Source of the DNA: Octopus sinensis
Taxonomy: Eukaryota
DNA: 64,000 bases
Assembly: GCF_006345805.1 (NCBI RefSeq)
Contig: NC_043000.1
Location: 124,992,001-125,056,000, forward strand
Direction: 5' to 3'
The notes beneath the pieces are model-generated. The model ran no database searches. It was not told where the DNA came from and worked only from the letters and a program-made list of their open reading frames with translations. Below are positions 1-11,609 of the stretch, piece by piece (within the stretch, counting starts at the first letter, position 1; each line of letters starts with the position of its first letter). A program made the translations under genes and the position numbers.

Positions 1-149
1 AGATTTTGGACAGCATTTAATCATTAAAAATGTAAATTAGTGAATTTTGTTCATGAAAAAACATTGCTTCTTCTCCTCTTCTTTCCTCGTTAATGTCTTT
101 CCTCAACTAATAAGAAACTTCATGATTAGAAGACAGTCGATGAGGTCCA

Positions 150-177
150 ATACATGCATATACATACATATACACAT

Positions 178-225
<48 letters not shown>

Positions 226-540
226 TACATATACATTCATACGTACAAGCATGCATACATATGTATACACATAGTTACACATATTTGCATGCACACACAC
301 ACAAACACACACACACACACATATACATACATATACACTATACACACACGTATGTACACGTACATTCATACACACAAGCACACATACATATGTATACACA
401 TATACATACATATACACTACAAATATATAGATACACACACGTATGTACAAATACATTTATACACACAGGCACACATACATATGTATACACATAGTTACAC
501 ATTGCATGCTCACACACATGCACACACTCACAAACACAAA
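150..540. repeat. Compound (TA)n/(CA)n/(TACA)n microsatellite with internal duplicated blocks
   Basis: Direct reading; the block catacatatgtatacacatagttacacat occurs at about 254 and about 474. Confidence 0.9.
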
Positions 541-931
541 ATGCATTTACTGCTTTGCTTTCGAGCAGGTAGCTAGTCAAAATGAAATCTAGATTGCATG
601 ATTGACAAGCAAGCTTCCCAATCAAGCAATCTGGGATTCGTTCTCACTGCATGACATCTTGGGCAAGTATCTTCTACTACAGCACACACACACACACACA
701 CACATAATTGAAGGGATAATTAAAATCCAAGTGATCACCTTAGTATCACTTCATGTTTGAGCCTGTCTAGCATTGTGTTCAAACAGTGGTGTAAAGGTTG
801 CACCTCTTAGTTAGCCAAAGAATGATTGGTTGCACTTTAGACAAATATTAAAGGATCACTCGGCCAATCCAAGACATATATATATCAAATAAGTATGTTA
901 TAATCCTCACAGAAGGAATAACAATAATTTT

Positions 932-2217
932 TATCGAGGCTGAGTAAAAAGTAAGCAACGTTTTGAAACATGAAATTCATCAGAATATATTTCAACAATA
1001 CAGAAAATTTACTCATCAAAGTAAGTACCTCTACAATCAACACATTTTTGCCAATGAGTTACAAGTTTGTTTATTCTGATAATATAAAAATCTGGTGTTC
1101 TGGAGCTGATGAACTCTTTGAACGCACTTTGAGCATCGGTTTTATTTTTTAACTGCTTCTCTCGCAGGAAACCAACAAGGTGCTTGAAAAAGTGATAGTC
1201 AGTAGGAGAAAGGTCTGGGGAATAAGCTTGGTGGGGAAGAACACCGTAGCTAAGTTTCCTCAGCTTCTGAAGCATCATTAGTGAAGCGCATGGTCGAGTA
1301 TTGTCATGAAGAATGATTGACCTTCTTCTGTTGATCAGCCTGGGGAGAAGTAGCAGTATTTCATTCATTTTGGCACTTTCATGACAATATGTTTCTGCAG
1401 TAATGGTTTTTCTGGGTTTTAAGAAGTTATAGTGGATGAGTCCAACAGTACACCACCAAACAGTCACCATAACCTTTTTGAAGAGCTTGGGTTTAGGGAA
1501 AGTTTTCAGTGCTTCATCTTTGGTCCAATCACTGCGAAGAACTTTTTTTATTATTTTACAGAATCCACTTTCTATTGCAAAGTCAAGAAATGGATTGATC
1601 TGGTTACAGAGAAGAAGTGACGAGCAAATTTCATACCTGTGCATTTTCTGATTTTCATTCACATCATGTGGTACACATTTGTTGAGATCTTTTGATTTTC
1701 TGGCCACATGCAAATGGTTGCAGGCAGTTTCCTGGCTAACTTGGAGTTCTTTTTTTAGTTCCCAAGTGGTTTTATGTTGATCTTTCTCAATGAAAGTCGT
1801 TAATTGACTTTCATCAATGAAAAATGGGCATCCAATTCACTCACGATCTTTAAGGCTCAGGTCTCCACTGCAAAATCATTTAAACCATTTTTGAGCTGAC
1901 CACTCACTGGTCATTTCCTCACCAAACGTTTCATTGACACCACAAGAATCAGTAGCAGTTTCAGCTACTTTAAATCCTTTTTTGAAGTTCAATAGCAAAA
2001 TTGCTCAAATATCTCTCTTTGACAGATCCATTTCAGATGATTGTAAGAATAGTGAAAAAAATATCAATGCTAATTTATCGATGTATTTGGGCAGGTCTAT
2101 GTCTGAATTTTCAGAAAATTAAAAAAAAAAAGTTTTTAAAAAATTTGAAACACTGCAAAATTCCGGCACCAATTCTTCGTGGTTCAAAACATTGCTAACT
2201 TTTTACTCAACCTGATA
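932..2217 (-). mobile_element. Full-length decayed mariner transposon (about 1.29 kb) with TIRs and TA target-site duplication
   Basis: Left end TA-tcgaggctgagtaaaaagtaagcaacgttttgaa is the inverse of the right end ttcaaaacattgctaactttttactcaacctga-TA; a transposase remnant lies between them. Confidence 0.93.
1009..2031 (-). pseudogene. Mariner (DD34D-type) transposase pseudogene
   Basis: N-terminus MDLSKRDI*AILLLNFKKG from 2031. ORF 1009-1713 carries CVPHDV (WVPHEL-like), KKVMVTVWW, LHDNTRP, YSPDLSPTDYHFF and WQKCVDCRGTYFD. Stops and frameshifts are present. Confidence 0.93.
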
Positions 2218-2411
2218 TGTTTCAGTAAATAAATGCTATTTATTTCAAATCACATTCACTTTGTATGTTAATTGTTATAATGCCTGAAGAAGTGAGTGAA
2301 CACTTAATTTATTGCATGACCTGCTTTGTATGTAATTTGAAATAAATGGCATTCGTATACTGAAACATACATAAGATCAATTTGACTTCTCTTTCTCTCA
2401 GTTAAATATAT

Positions 2412-2510
2412 ATATGTATGTGTGTGTATGTATGTATGTATCTATCTACCTATCTCTATCTATCTATCTATCTATCTGTCTATCTATCTATCTATCTATC
2501 AATCTACCTG

Positions 2511-2573
<63 letters not shown>

Positions 2574-2645
2574 GTCTATCTATCTATCTACCAATTTCTC
2601 TCTCTCTCACTCTCTCTCTCTCTCTCTCTCTAAAGATATATATAT
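2412..2645. repeat. (TATC)n then (CT)n microsatellite
   Basis: Direct reading. Confidence 0.95.
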
Positions 2646-2654
2646 AATGCATTA

Positions 2655-3950
2655 TTGGATATGTATATCCTAAAATAATGCGGTTTTTTTTCAATTGCAT
2701 GAACTAAAAGTTGGAGAGGGATAGGATATACTACCTGCATCAAATTGCTATAAATACAGGTAGTAATTTTACCTTCTTTTTATTGTTAGTGAAAGTTTTA
2801 AAGAGTGCAGTTCGATTTTAACTGCTATTTTTTCAAAGCTATAAAGGAAGTGATAAAGGAGCATATTCGGCATATTTTGGTTTATGAGTTCAATAAAGGC
2901 AACAACACAACAGAAAATGTGAGGAATGTTAATGCAGTATATAGGGATCTGACAATAAGCATAAGCCAGTGTCAATGGTGGTTCTTCTAGAAATTCTAAG
3001 CTGGAAACTACGGCCTAGGAGGTGAGTCTCATCCTGGAAGATCTGTAGAGTTCACCAAAGATGTCCTGCAAACCCTGGTAGAACAAAATCCCACCATAAC
3101 AGTTGAGAAACTAGCAGAGAAGCTTGGATTTAGTCATTCAACCAATCATCAATACCTGCATGCCATCGGAAAAGTCAGTAAATTGGGTCAATGGGTTCCT
3201 CACAAACTTTCCAAATCTAATCTCACACAGAGAGTGAATGTGTGCTCTTCTTTGCTGTCATGTCTCACGAATGAACCGTTTTTGGACCGAATAGCGATTG
3301 GTGATGAGAAATGGGTTCTCTATAAAAATGTCAAGCCCTGAAGACAGTGGGTAGGGAAAGGAGAAACTCCGGGACCCCAGGCTAAAGAAGGTCTTTACCT
3401 ACATAAAGTGTTGTTATCTGTTTGGTGGGATATGAGAGATTTAGGCAACTTTAAACTTTTAAACCCAAACCAGACAATAACAAAGGAGATCTACTGTGAG
3501 CAGCTTGTGCATCTCAAGTCAGTGCTAGAAGAAAAACGACCATCTTTGGTTTCAAGAGGAAAGGTGTTCTTCCATAAGGATAATGCTTGGCCACAGACAG
3601 CAAGGATGACATTCCAAAGGCTGGAGCAGTTTGAATGGGAAACGATACCCCACCCATCATATTCACCTTGAGCAAGTGTCTTCTATTATAGCCTTGGGCT
3701 GACCATCTGATTATCATTTAACCTACAGTCTTCAAAATCATCAGGACAGAAAAAATATGAATTCTGTAGACGAAGTCAGAACAGTACTGAAGGAATATTT
3801 TTCATTATGGAAAAGTGAATTTTGGAAGAGGGGCCTTGCAAGTCTACCAGACAGATAGAAGAGCATTGTAGAAAATGAAAGAGAGTATATTTTATATTGA
3901 AAAAGAACTTTGCTTATCTTAATTTAAAAAAAAAAAGAAGTATAAAAAAC
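2655..3950 (+). mobile_element. Second decayed mariner element (different subfamily); transposase remnant about 2845-3900; right end disrupted by a SINE
   Basis: KEHIRHILVYEFNKG, WVPHKL, IAIGDEKWVLY, LLSVWWD, FHKDNAWP, HPSYSP...PSDYHL and SLPDR*KSIVENEREY, with many stops. Confidence 0.9.
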
Positions 3951-3952
3951 TT

Positions 3953-4250
3953 CATTTCTTTTATTTGTTTCAGTCATTTGACCATGGCCATGCTGGAGCA
4001 CCACCTTTAGTTAAATGAATTAACCCCAGGACTTATTCTTTGGAAGCCTAGTACTTGTTTTATCAGCCCCTTTTACCGAACTGCTAAGTTACGAGGAAGT
4101 AAACACACCAACATCAGTTGTTAAGTGATGGTGGAGGTACAAACACAGACAAAACAAATACATACATACATACAAATATATATATATATGACGGGCTGCT
4201 TTCAGTTTCTATCTACCAAATTCACTCACAAGGCTTAAGTCAGCCTTAGG
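3953..4250 (-). mobile_element. SINE family A, partial copy
   Basis: Matches the other family A copies (gtttcagtcatttgac...ccatgctggagcacc...ctaccaaat.cactcacaagg). Confidence 0.85.
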
Positions 4251-5264
4251 CACTGGGGTCAATGTAATCGACTTAATCCATTTGTCTGTCCTTGTTTGTC
4301 CCCTCTATTTTTAGCCCCTTGCGGGTAATAAAGAAACAGATAATAATCTCTACCTCTGGAGCAAGGCTACAAATTTATGAGAAAGAGTCAAGAGTCAGTC
4401 AATTAAACTGACTCCAGTACTTAAGTGGTACTATATTTTGTTGACTCTCAAAAAGTGAAGTTGGCTGCGGTAGGATTAGAACTCAGAATCTAAAGTGATG
4501 CAACAAATGATATTTTGGCTGATTCTAATAACTCCACTCATCCATTGCCTTAACAAAAATTTTAAAATTATAAATCATTCTATAGTAGCAAGGGTATAAT
4601 ATGTTCTTTAATAGGAATTGATTATTCAAGAACAGTTTGGTCAAGAATATCGGTAAGAAACAGACAGGAATATTTACAGTAATAGTAACGACATGGTCGA
4701 TCTAGTCAACTTCAACATGCTGTTCGCATTTTATAAATGTTAAGTTAAAAATATTAGCATAGTGCTATGAAATCTCAAATTGAATATTAGACACTATCTT
4801 GTTCTGTTTCCTGCATCATTGCTAACACCATCATCCTATTTCCTTGTATATATCAGTTCAAATGATATAAATATGAATTAAACTTTTCCAAGCATGAAAT
4901 AACTGTACAATGAAAAGAAATCTCAGTTGATCTCTTCATGATAGGAAGAGAAAGGAGTATAGCCTAACCCCTGAACAAAAGTAGATGCATTATTCAATTC
5001 AGTGACATTGAATTGTAACATTAAGAAAATGGTATATACTTCAGGAATGACAATTGATATGTAGGGTGCTCTGATGGATGCAGTTAGCGATGTGCTGGAT
5101 GCTCTGCCTTGTACTCCTCTCATCTTCCTTGGTATCACTAAATAGGACTGTCCTAACTAGAATGTTGAGATCCTCTACATATCTTCAGTATAGTATTACA
5201 GCTACAGAGTGTTCATCTAGAGCAGTATTTCTCAACCTTTTTATCCTGGCGTAACACTTAAAAT

Positions 5265-5339
5265 AAAATACTGAGCTTTGTATATTTTACCCCAGTGTCA
5301 CTTTGATGGCATGCACTGCTCTCACACTCAATAAAAATG

Positions 5340-5402
<63 letters not shown>
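5265..5402 (+). mobile_element. 3' end of an unclassified retroelement ending in (AAT)n
   Basis: tactgagctttgtatattttaccccagtgtcactttgatggcatg...ctcaataa plus (AAT)n; a similar 3' end occurs at about 55120-55190. Confidence 0.55.
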
Positions 5403-5404
<2 letters not shown>

Positions 5405-5699
5405 CAGAGGAAGAAGAAGAAGGAGGAGGAGGAGGAGGAGAAGAAAGTTGATGAGTGCATATACATTGCTCGGGTAACCTATAACTCATTGGAAAATAGT
5501 AAAAGAAAGGCTGGAAAGCAGTAATAAGTCAGGTAAAGAAAGACAGCAATGAAAGCCAAAAGTACAGCAAAGTACACAGAATAAAACATAACAAAAAGAC
5601 AGAAAAGAGAACAAGTAAAAGAGCCAAAGAGAGAAAAGGGAGCATAAGTACATTATGGGTAGTGTTGACAAATTTTGGAAAGCTTGGAATTTTTGAAGA

Positions 5700-6232
5700 A
5701 GGAGCAGCTGTGTGGTAAGTAGCTTGCTTACCAACCACATGGTTCCGGGTTCATTCCCACTGCATGGCACCTTGGGCAAGTGTCTTCTACTATAGCCTCG
5801 GGCCGACCAAAGCGTTGTGAGTGGATTTGGTAGACAGAAACTGAAAGAGCCCGTCATATATATGAGACCAATAGAATAAGTACTAGGCTTCCAAAGAATA
5901 AGTCCTGGGGTTGATTTGCTCGACTAAATGCGATGCTCCAGTATGGCCACAGTCAAATGACTGAAACAAGTAAAAGAGCAAAAGAGTATATATGTATGTG
6001 TGTGTATATGTTTGTGTGTCTGTATTTGTCCTCCCAACATCGCTTGACAACTGATGGTGGTGTGTTTATGTCCCCGTAATCTAGCGGCTCAGCAAAAGAG
6101 ACCAATAGAATAAGTAATAGGCTTCCAAAGAATAAGTCCTGGGGTTGGGTCGATTTGCTCGACTAAAGGCGGTGCTCCAGCATGGCCGCAGTCAAATGAC
6201 TGAAACAAGTAAAAGAGTAAAGAGTAAGAGAG
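5700..6232 (+). mobile_element. tRNA-headed SINE family A with a second family A 3' tail nested in its internal (TA)n
   Basis: A-box and B-box-like head (ctgtgtggtaagtag...gggttcattcc), CORE-like ccttgggcaagt, internal TA/TG repeat and (GTAAAAGA)n tail. Nested tail 5865-5986 is flanked by a tatatatg duplication. Confidence 0.9.
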
Positions 6233-7311
6233 TAATGTTGTGTCCTGACAGCTAACATCTAAGATGGGTACATGGGTGGTTTATTCAATGCTTTGAGACA
6301 AAAATATTTCTGAAAATCATAGGTGCTGTGGTGTGTCTTGATTTTGCAAGTGTGGCCATGGGTGGTAAAGTTATTGATGGCTTCAGTCATTACTGGAAAG
6401 ATGGTGGATATTCTTATGGCTTCTTAAATGCCTGCACATTAATTTATCAAAGCTAGGAAAAGCAAGATGTTCATGAGATGGTTAATAACTGATGGAATGT
6501 ATTTTTTTTTTTGGTTTTTGGTTGCATGTCTCTCAGCAGCTTCTGGTTGATTGATATTCTGAACAAGAAAAACAAGATAAGCAATAGTTTGCTGTATTTT
6601 CTTTAAAGTTTTAACTTTATAACCATATTTAATTTCGAATGCACCTTGAAATAAATAAAAAAATGCTTATGAACCTCGGTTGGTGTGGTACGGTTTTGTA
6701 AGAATTTGGTTGCTAGGTTTCGTCATTGGTTCAACTATATAAGAGTTTAACAGACACTCTCTCTCTCCCCTCTCTCTCCTCACCCTCTCTCTCTTACTCT
6801 GTTTATATCCTCTTCCTCTTCCTCCCTGTACCATCTGTTCAAAGGTGTGGTGTGGTGTTGTATATATGGCATGGTACATCTAAGTTTTCTTCAAAGTTGT
6901 AATCTAGTTTTGATTCCCAGTTGAAATTACTTCACATATATTACTAACTCTCAAGAGAAAACCATAAACATTACAACCTCCAACCATCCTACCATCCTCC
7001 CGTCCTACCATCCTACCTTCCTATTCCCATTCTTACAGACTGGAAATGTCTTTATTCTTTTAGTCTATAACTGGTTTCAATCATTGAGCTGTGGCCATGC
7101 AATCTTTTCTTTTCTTTTTTCTTTTTACAGTCAATCACATTGGACAAGTGTCTATTTTAGTCTGATTGTTATTTCATCCATCTCTGTTTATTGAACTGGT
7201 GAGTTACATTTTTGACATAAAGTAATGTAACTCAACACACAAGTTTACACAGACAAACATAAGTATAGTCACACACACACCACATACAGATAGATAGATA
7301 GGTAGATAGAT

Positions 7312-7775
7312 ATGTTTCTTTATTAGCCACACAGGGCTGCACACAGACAGGACAGATTACAAAGTAGAGCTTTTCTTTTTTTGGGAAAAAAAAAAGTGGG
7401 GTAGGTTTTCGATCATAGGGGATCGTAAAAGGGAAAGAAGAAAAAAAAGAAAAGAAACAAAAGAAAGAAAAAAGGAGAAAAAAAGGAAAAAAGGGGAAAA
7501 AAACGATCAATAGGGATCGTGTATCACAGTGTTATGATATACGGTGTAAAGGGGGAAGCAGATAAGGTTTATCCGTGGGAAGAAAAGGCTATGGAAAAGA
7601 CCATGGTAACCTCGGTCAATATTGTTACATGTTACCACATTTGTTTGCAAGTGGGTAACCCTCTGTTTGCAATTTCCGGGTTCATAGGATTATACTCAAG
7701 GTGGCTTCGTCACTCATACGTGCCATCCTTGCTACATTCACACATCTTTTTTTAAAACATTCGCTAGACAAAACT
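7312..7775 (-). mobile_element. 5'-truncated L1/Tx1-type LINE 3' end, flanked on both sides by (GATA)n
   Basis: The reverse complement aligns with 34099-34484 (agttttgtctag...gaatgtagcaaggatggc...aataaagaaacat). Confidence 0.88.
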
Positions 7776-7782
7776 AAATAGG

Positions 7783-7816
<34 letters not shown>

Positions 7817-8064
7817 CAGATGAATATGGTACTTAAGTTGAGGCACCAGAATTTAGTACGGTGTTATCCATACAATTTCAAAATAAGGTGATTAAAATCA
7901 AAATAAGCCACAAGGATTTCCAGAGGTAATGCAGTACGATCATTTCATGTGACTCCATTTAATTGAAGTCGCATATCCTTGTTGCTTATTTTGATAGATA
8001 GATAGATAGATAGAGGTATATATGTAAGTGAATGTGCGTGTGTGTGTTTATGGGAAGTATGTAT

Positions 8065-8570
8065 TGCCGTCGTCATCATCATTATCATCGTTTAAAGTCC
8101 ACTTTCCATGCTGGCATGGGTTTGACAGTTTGACTGAAAACTGGCAAGCCAGGAGGCTACACCGGGCTCCAATCTGATTTGTCAATTTTTCTATAGCTGG
8201 ATGCTCTTCCTAGCACCAACCACTCCGAGAGTGTAGTGGGTGCTTTTTACATGTCACCAGCACAGGAGCAATCAGGTTGCACTGCCATTGAGCACACTCA
8301 AATCATGCTTTTTATGTGTCACTGGCACAGGAGCTAATCAGGCAGCACTGACATTGACCATGCTCAAATGGTGCTTCTTATGTGCCATTGGCATGGAGCC
8401 AGTCAAGCAGTACTGGCATCGACCACGGCTATGATTTCACTTGACTCAACTCGTCCTCTCATGCAGAGCATATTGCCTGATGATTGAAGGGTACTTTTAA
8501 ACAGGCCAGTTATGCAACACGAGCATCAGCCATGGCTCCAATTTCATTTGACTGCCCGGGTCTTCTCGAG
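8065..8570 (-). mobile_element. SINE family C / RTE-related element with (GAT)n tail
   Basis: Shared motifs catcatcgtttaa.gtcc.ctttccatgctggcatggg and ctggatgc.cttcctaa.accaaccactcc, recurring through the window. Confidence 0.75.
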
Positions 8571-8584
8571 CATACATGCATATT

Positions 8585-8790
8585 CTTTTATTCTTTTATT
8601 CTTTTACTTGTTTCAGTCATTTGACTGTGGCCATGCTGGAGCACCGCCTTTAGTTGAGTAAATTGACCCCAGGACTTGAGCCCTTTTGCTGAACCGTTAA
8701 GTTACGGGAATGTAAACACACCAGCATCAGTTGTCAAGTGATGTTGGGGGGACAAACACAGACACACAAACATATAAACACTCATGCATA
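8585..8790 (-). mobile_element. SINE family A, 3' half
   Basis: Sequence match to family A. Confidence 0.85.
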
Positions 8791-8811
8791 TATATATATA
8801 TGTATATATAT

Positions 8812-9170
8812 AGGTGCAGGAGTGGCTGTGTGGTAAGTAGCTTGTTTACCAACCACATGGTTCCGGGTTCAGTTCCACTGCGTGGCATCTTGGGCAAGTA
8901 TCTTCTGCTATAGCCCTGGGCCGACCAATGCCTTGTGAGTGGATTTGGTAGATGGAAACTGAAAGAAGCCTGTCGTATATATGTATATACATATGTATGT
9001 GTGTGTGTGTTTGTGTGTCTGTGCTTGACAACCGATGCTGGTGTGTTTACGTCCCCGTCACTTAGCCCCGTCACTGGGCTTACAAAGAATAAGTCGATTT
9101 GCTCAACTAAAGGCGGTGCTCCAGCATGGCCGCAGTCAAATGACTGAAACAAGTAAAGAGTAAAGAGTAA
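8812..9170 (+). mobile_element. SINE family A, near full length, preceded by (TA)n
   Basis: Runs from the head ggtgcaggagtggctgtgtggtaag to the tail gaaacaagtaaagagtaaagag. Confidence 0.9.
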
Positions 9171-9254
9171 AGATTATATACATTTATATACTATTATTAT
9201 TAATATTATTATTATCATTATCATTTTTCTTCTTCTTCTTCTTCTCATTATTAA

Positions 9255-9480
9255 AGTGATGAGCTGGCAGAATTGTTAGCATGCTGGGCAATCTCCTTAG
9301 TGGTATTCCTTCTGCTGCAACATTATGAGTTCAAATTCTGCCGAGGTCGACTTCACCTTTCATCCTTTCGGGAGGAAGGGTGTCGATGAATTAAGTACCA
9401 GTTGAGTACTGGAGGTTAATGTAATCGGCTGTCCCCCTCCCCACAAAATCCAGGCCTTGTGCCTATAATAGAAAGGATCA
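9255..9480 (+). mobile_element. SINE family B (tRNA-like head; central domain resembling the MetaSINE domain)
   Basis: gagctggcagaa..gttagca head, gagttcaaatt B-box and central gaggtcgactt..cctttcatcctttcgg...taagtaccag. The Meta-domain assignment is from memory and unverified. Confidence 0.8.
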
Positions 9481-9685
9481 TTATTATCATCATAATTGTT
9501 GCTGCTGCTGTTGTCATTGTTGTTGTTCTTCTTCTTCGTTGATTTATTTATTTGCTTTTTGTAAATTCCACTTACGAATATTTGTTAATTGCAGAGTATT
9601 GAAATTGGATAATTATTTTTCTCAGCACCCAATATTGAATTTTAATTTTGAGTGTTTCTCTTTTGTTTTAAAAAACCAAAAATTA

Positions 9686-9911
9686 ATACTACTACCACTA
9701 CTACCACCACTGGTGGCGCTGCTGCTGTTGCTGCTGCTGTCAATAATACTACTGCATCCACCACCACCACTACTACCACTGGTAGTAGTGGTGCTGCTGT
9801 CAATAACACCACTACCACCACTACCACCACCATCATCACTACTACTACTACTACTACTATTACTACTACTACTACTGGTGGTGGTGCTGCTGGTGCTGCT
9901 ACTGCTGTTGG

Positions 9912-9952
<41 letters not shown>

Positions 9953-10003
9953 AGACTACTACTGTTGTTGTTGTTGTTTCTGTTGCTACTACAACTACTA
10001 CTA

Positions 10004-10034
<31 letters not shown>

Positions 10035-10111
10035 TACTACTACTACTACTACTACTACTACTGTTGTTGTTGCTGCTACTACTACTACTATTGTTGTTGC
10101 TGCTGCTGCTG

Positions 10112-10165
<54 letters not shown>

Positions 10166-10194
10166 TTGTTGTTACTGCTCCTATTACTGCTACA

Positions 10195-10246
<52 letters not shown>

Positions 10247-10320
10247 TTGTTGCTGCTGCTGCTGCTGCTACTACTACTACTACTACTACTACTGTTGTTA
10301 CTGCTCCTATTACTGCTACA

Positions 10321-10351
<31 letters not shown>

Positions 10352-10488
10352 TTGTTGTTGCTGCTGCTGCTACTACTACTACTATTACTACTACTACTAT
10401 TACTACTACTACTGTTACTGCTGCTGCTCCTACTACTGCTACAACTACTTCTACTGCTGCTGCTACTGCTACTATTACTACTGCTGCA

Positions 10489-10542
<54 letters not shown>

Positions 10543-10590
10543 GTTGGTGCTGGTTTTGTTACTTCCACTACTTCTACTACTGCTGCTGCT
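9686..10590. repeat. About 0.9-kb compound trinucleotide array (ACT/GCT/GTT/ATT) with higher-order repeats
   Basis: Direct reading; the block gttgttactgctcctattactgctacaact occurs twice. Confidence 0.92.
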
Positions 10591-11109
10591 CTTAATTTAT
10601 CCAGCAATTCAAATTTTCCCATTACCATGGCTCACCTTCTTCTTACACTTTCGAGTGTGTACAGTGGTGTCATTAATTTTAATTAGACATTTTGTTATTA
10701 TATTTTCCTATTTGTATTCCTCATCAATTTATCAAATTATCTCCATTGTTCATTATCGTTGTTCTCTGTAATTATCCACAGTGTTATATGAAATTGTAGG
10801 AAACTGCATCTTAAATAACCACAGTGAGACATTTATATGTGAAATATATGTATATATGTATGTGTGTGTGTGGTGTGTGTGTGTGTGTGTATGTATGTGT
10901 GTTTATATATATATATGTATATTGTTTGGTTTCCTTTCTATGTCTCCACTGTCATTCTTTTTTGTTCCCAAATTTTTGACCCTCCATAAATCCTAAATTA
11001 TATTTTAGAATTTATGGGAGCAACTGTCTTTGAAGACTCATATTGTCATTGAATGCTTGAAATGTGGAGTAGATAGACAATTGACAACTGATGAAGGGTC
11101 CTTTTTGGT

Positions 11110-11530
11110 TACTCTTTTACTCTTTTACTTGTTTCAATCATTTGACTGCGGCCATGCTGGAGCACCGCCTTTAGTCGAGAAAATCAAAACCGGGACTTAT
11201 TCTTTGTAAGCCCAGTACTTATTCTATCGGTCTCTTTTGCCGAACCCTTAAGTGACGGGGACGTAAACACGCCAGCATCGGTTGTCAAGCAATGCTAGGG
11301 GGACAAACACAGACACACAAACACACACACATACACACACACATATATATATATACATATATACGACAGGCTTCTTTCAGTTTCTGTCTACCAAATCCAC
11401 TCACAAGGCATTGGTCGGCCCGGGGCTATAGCAGAAGACACTTGCCCAAGATGCCATGCAGTGGGGCTGAACCCGGAACCATGTGGTTGGTTAGCAAGCT
11501 ATTTACCACACAGCCACTCCTGCGCCTGCG
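11110..11530 (-). mobile_element. SINE family A, full length
   Basis: Sequence match to family A from head to tail. Confidence 0.9.
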
Positions 11531-11609
11531 GTTGTTTATGTATTTCATGTTATTTACACCTGTATCCATATATGCATGTGTGCGTGTGTGTATATATATA
11601 TATATCATT

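Noticed and set aside
2280-2375. Possible further hammerhead (ctgaaga agt...act gaaac), and ctgatga at about 11088
   Set aside because: Stems I and III are not convincing and the long stem II is unsupported; these may be decayed PLE ends but I cannot support that.
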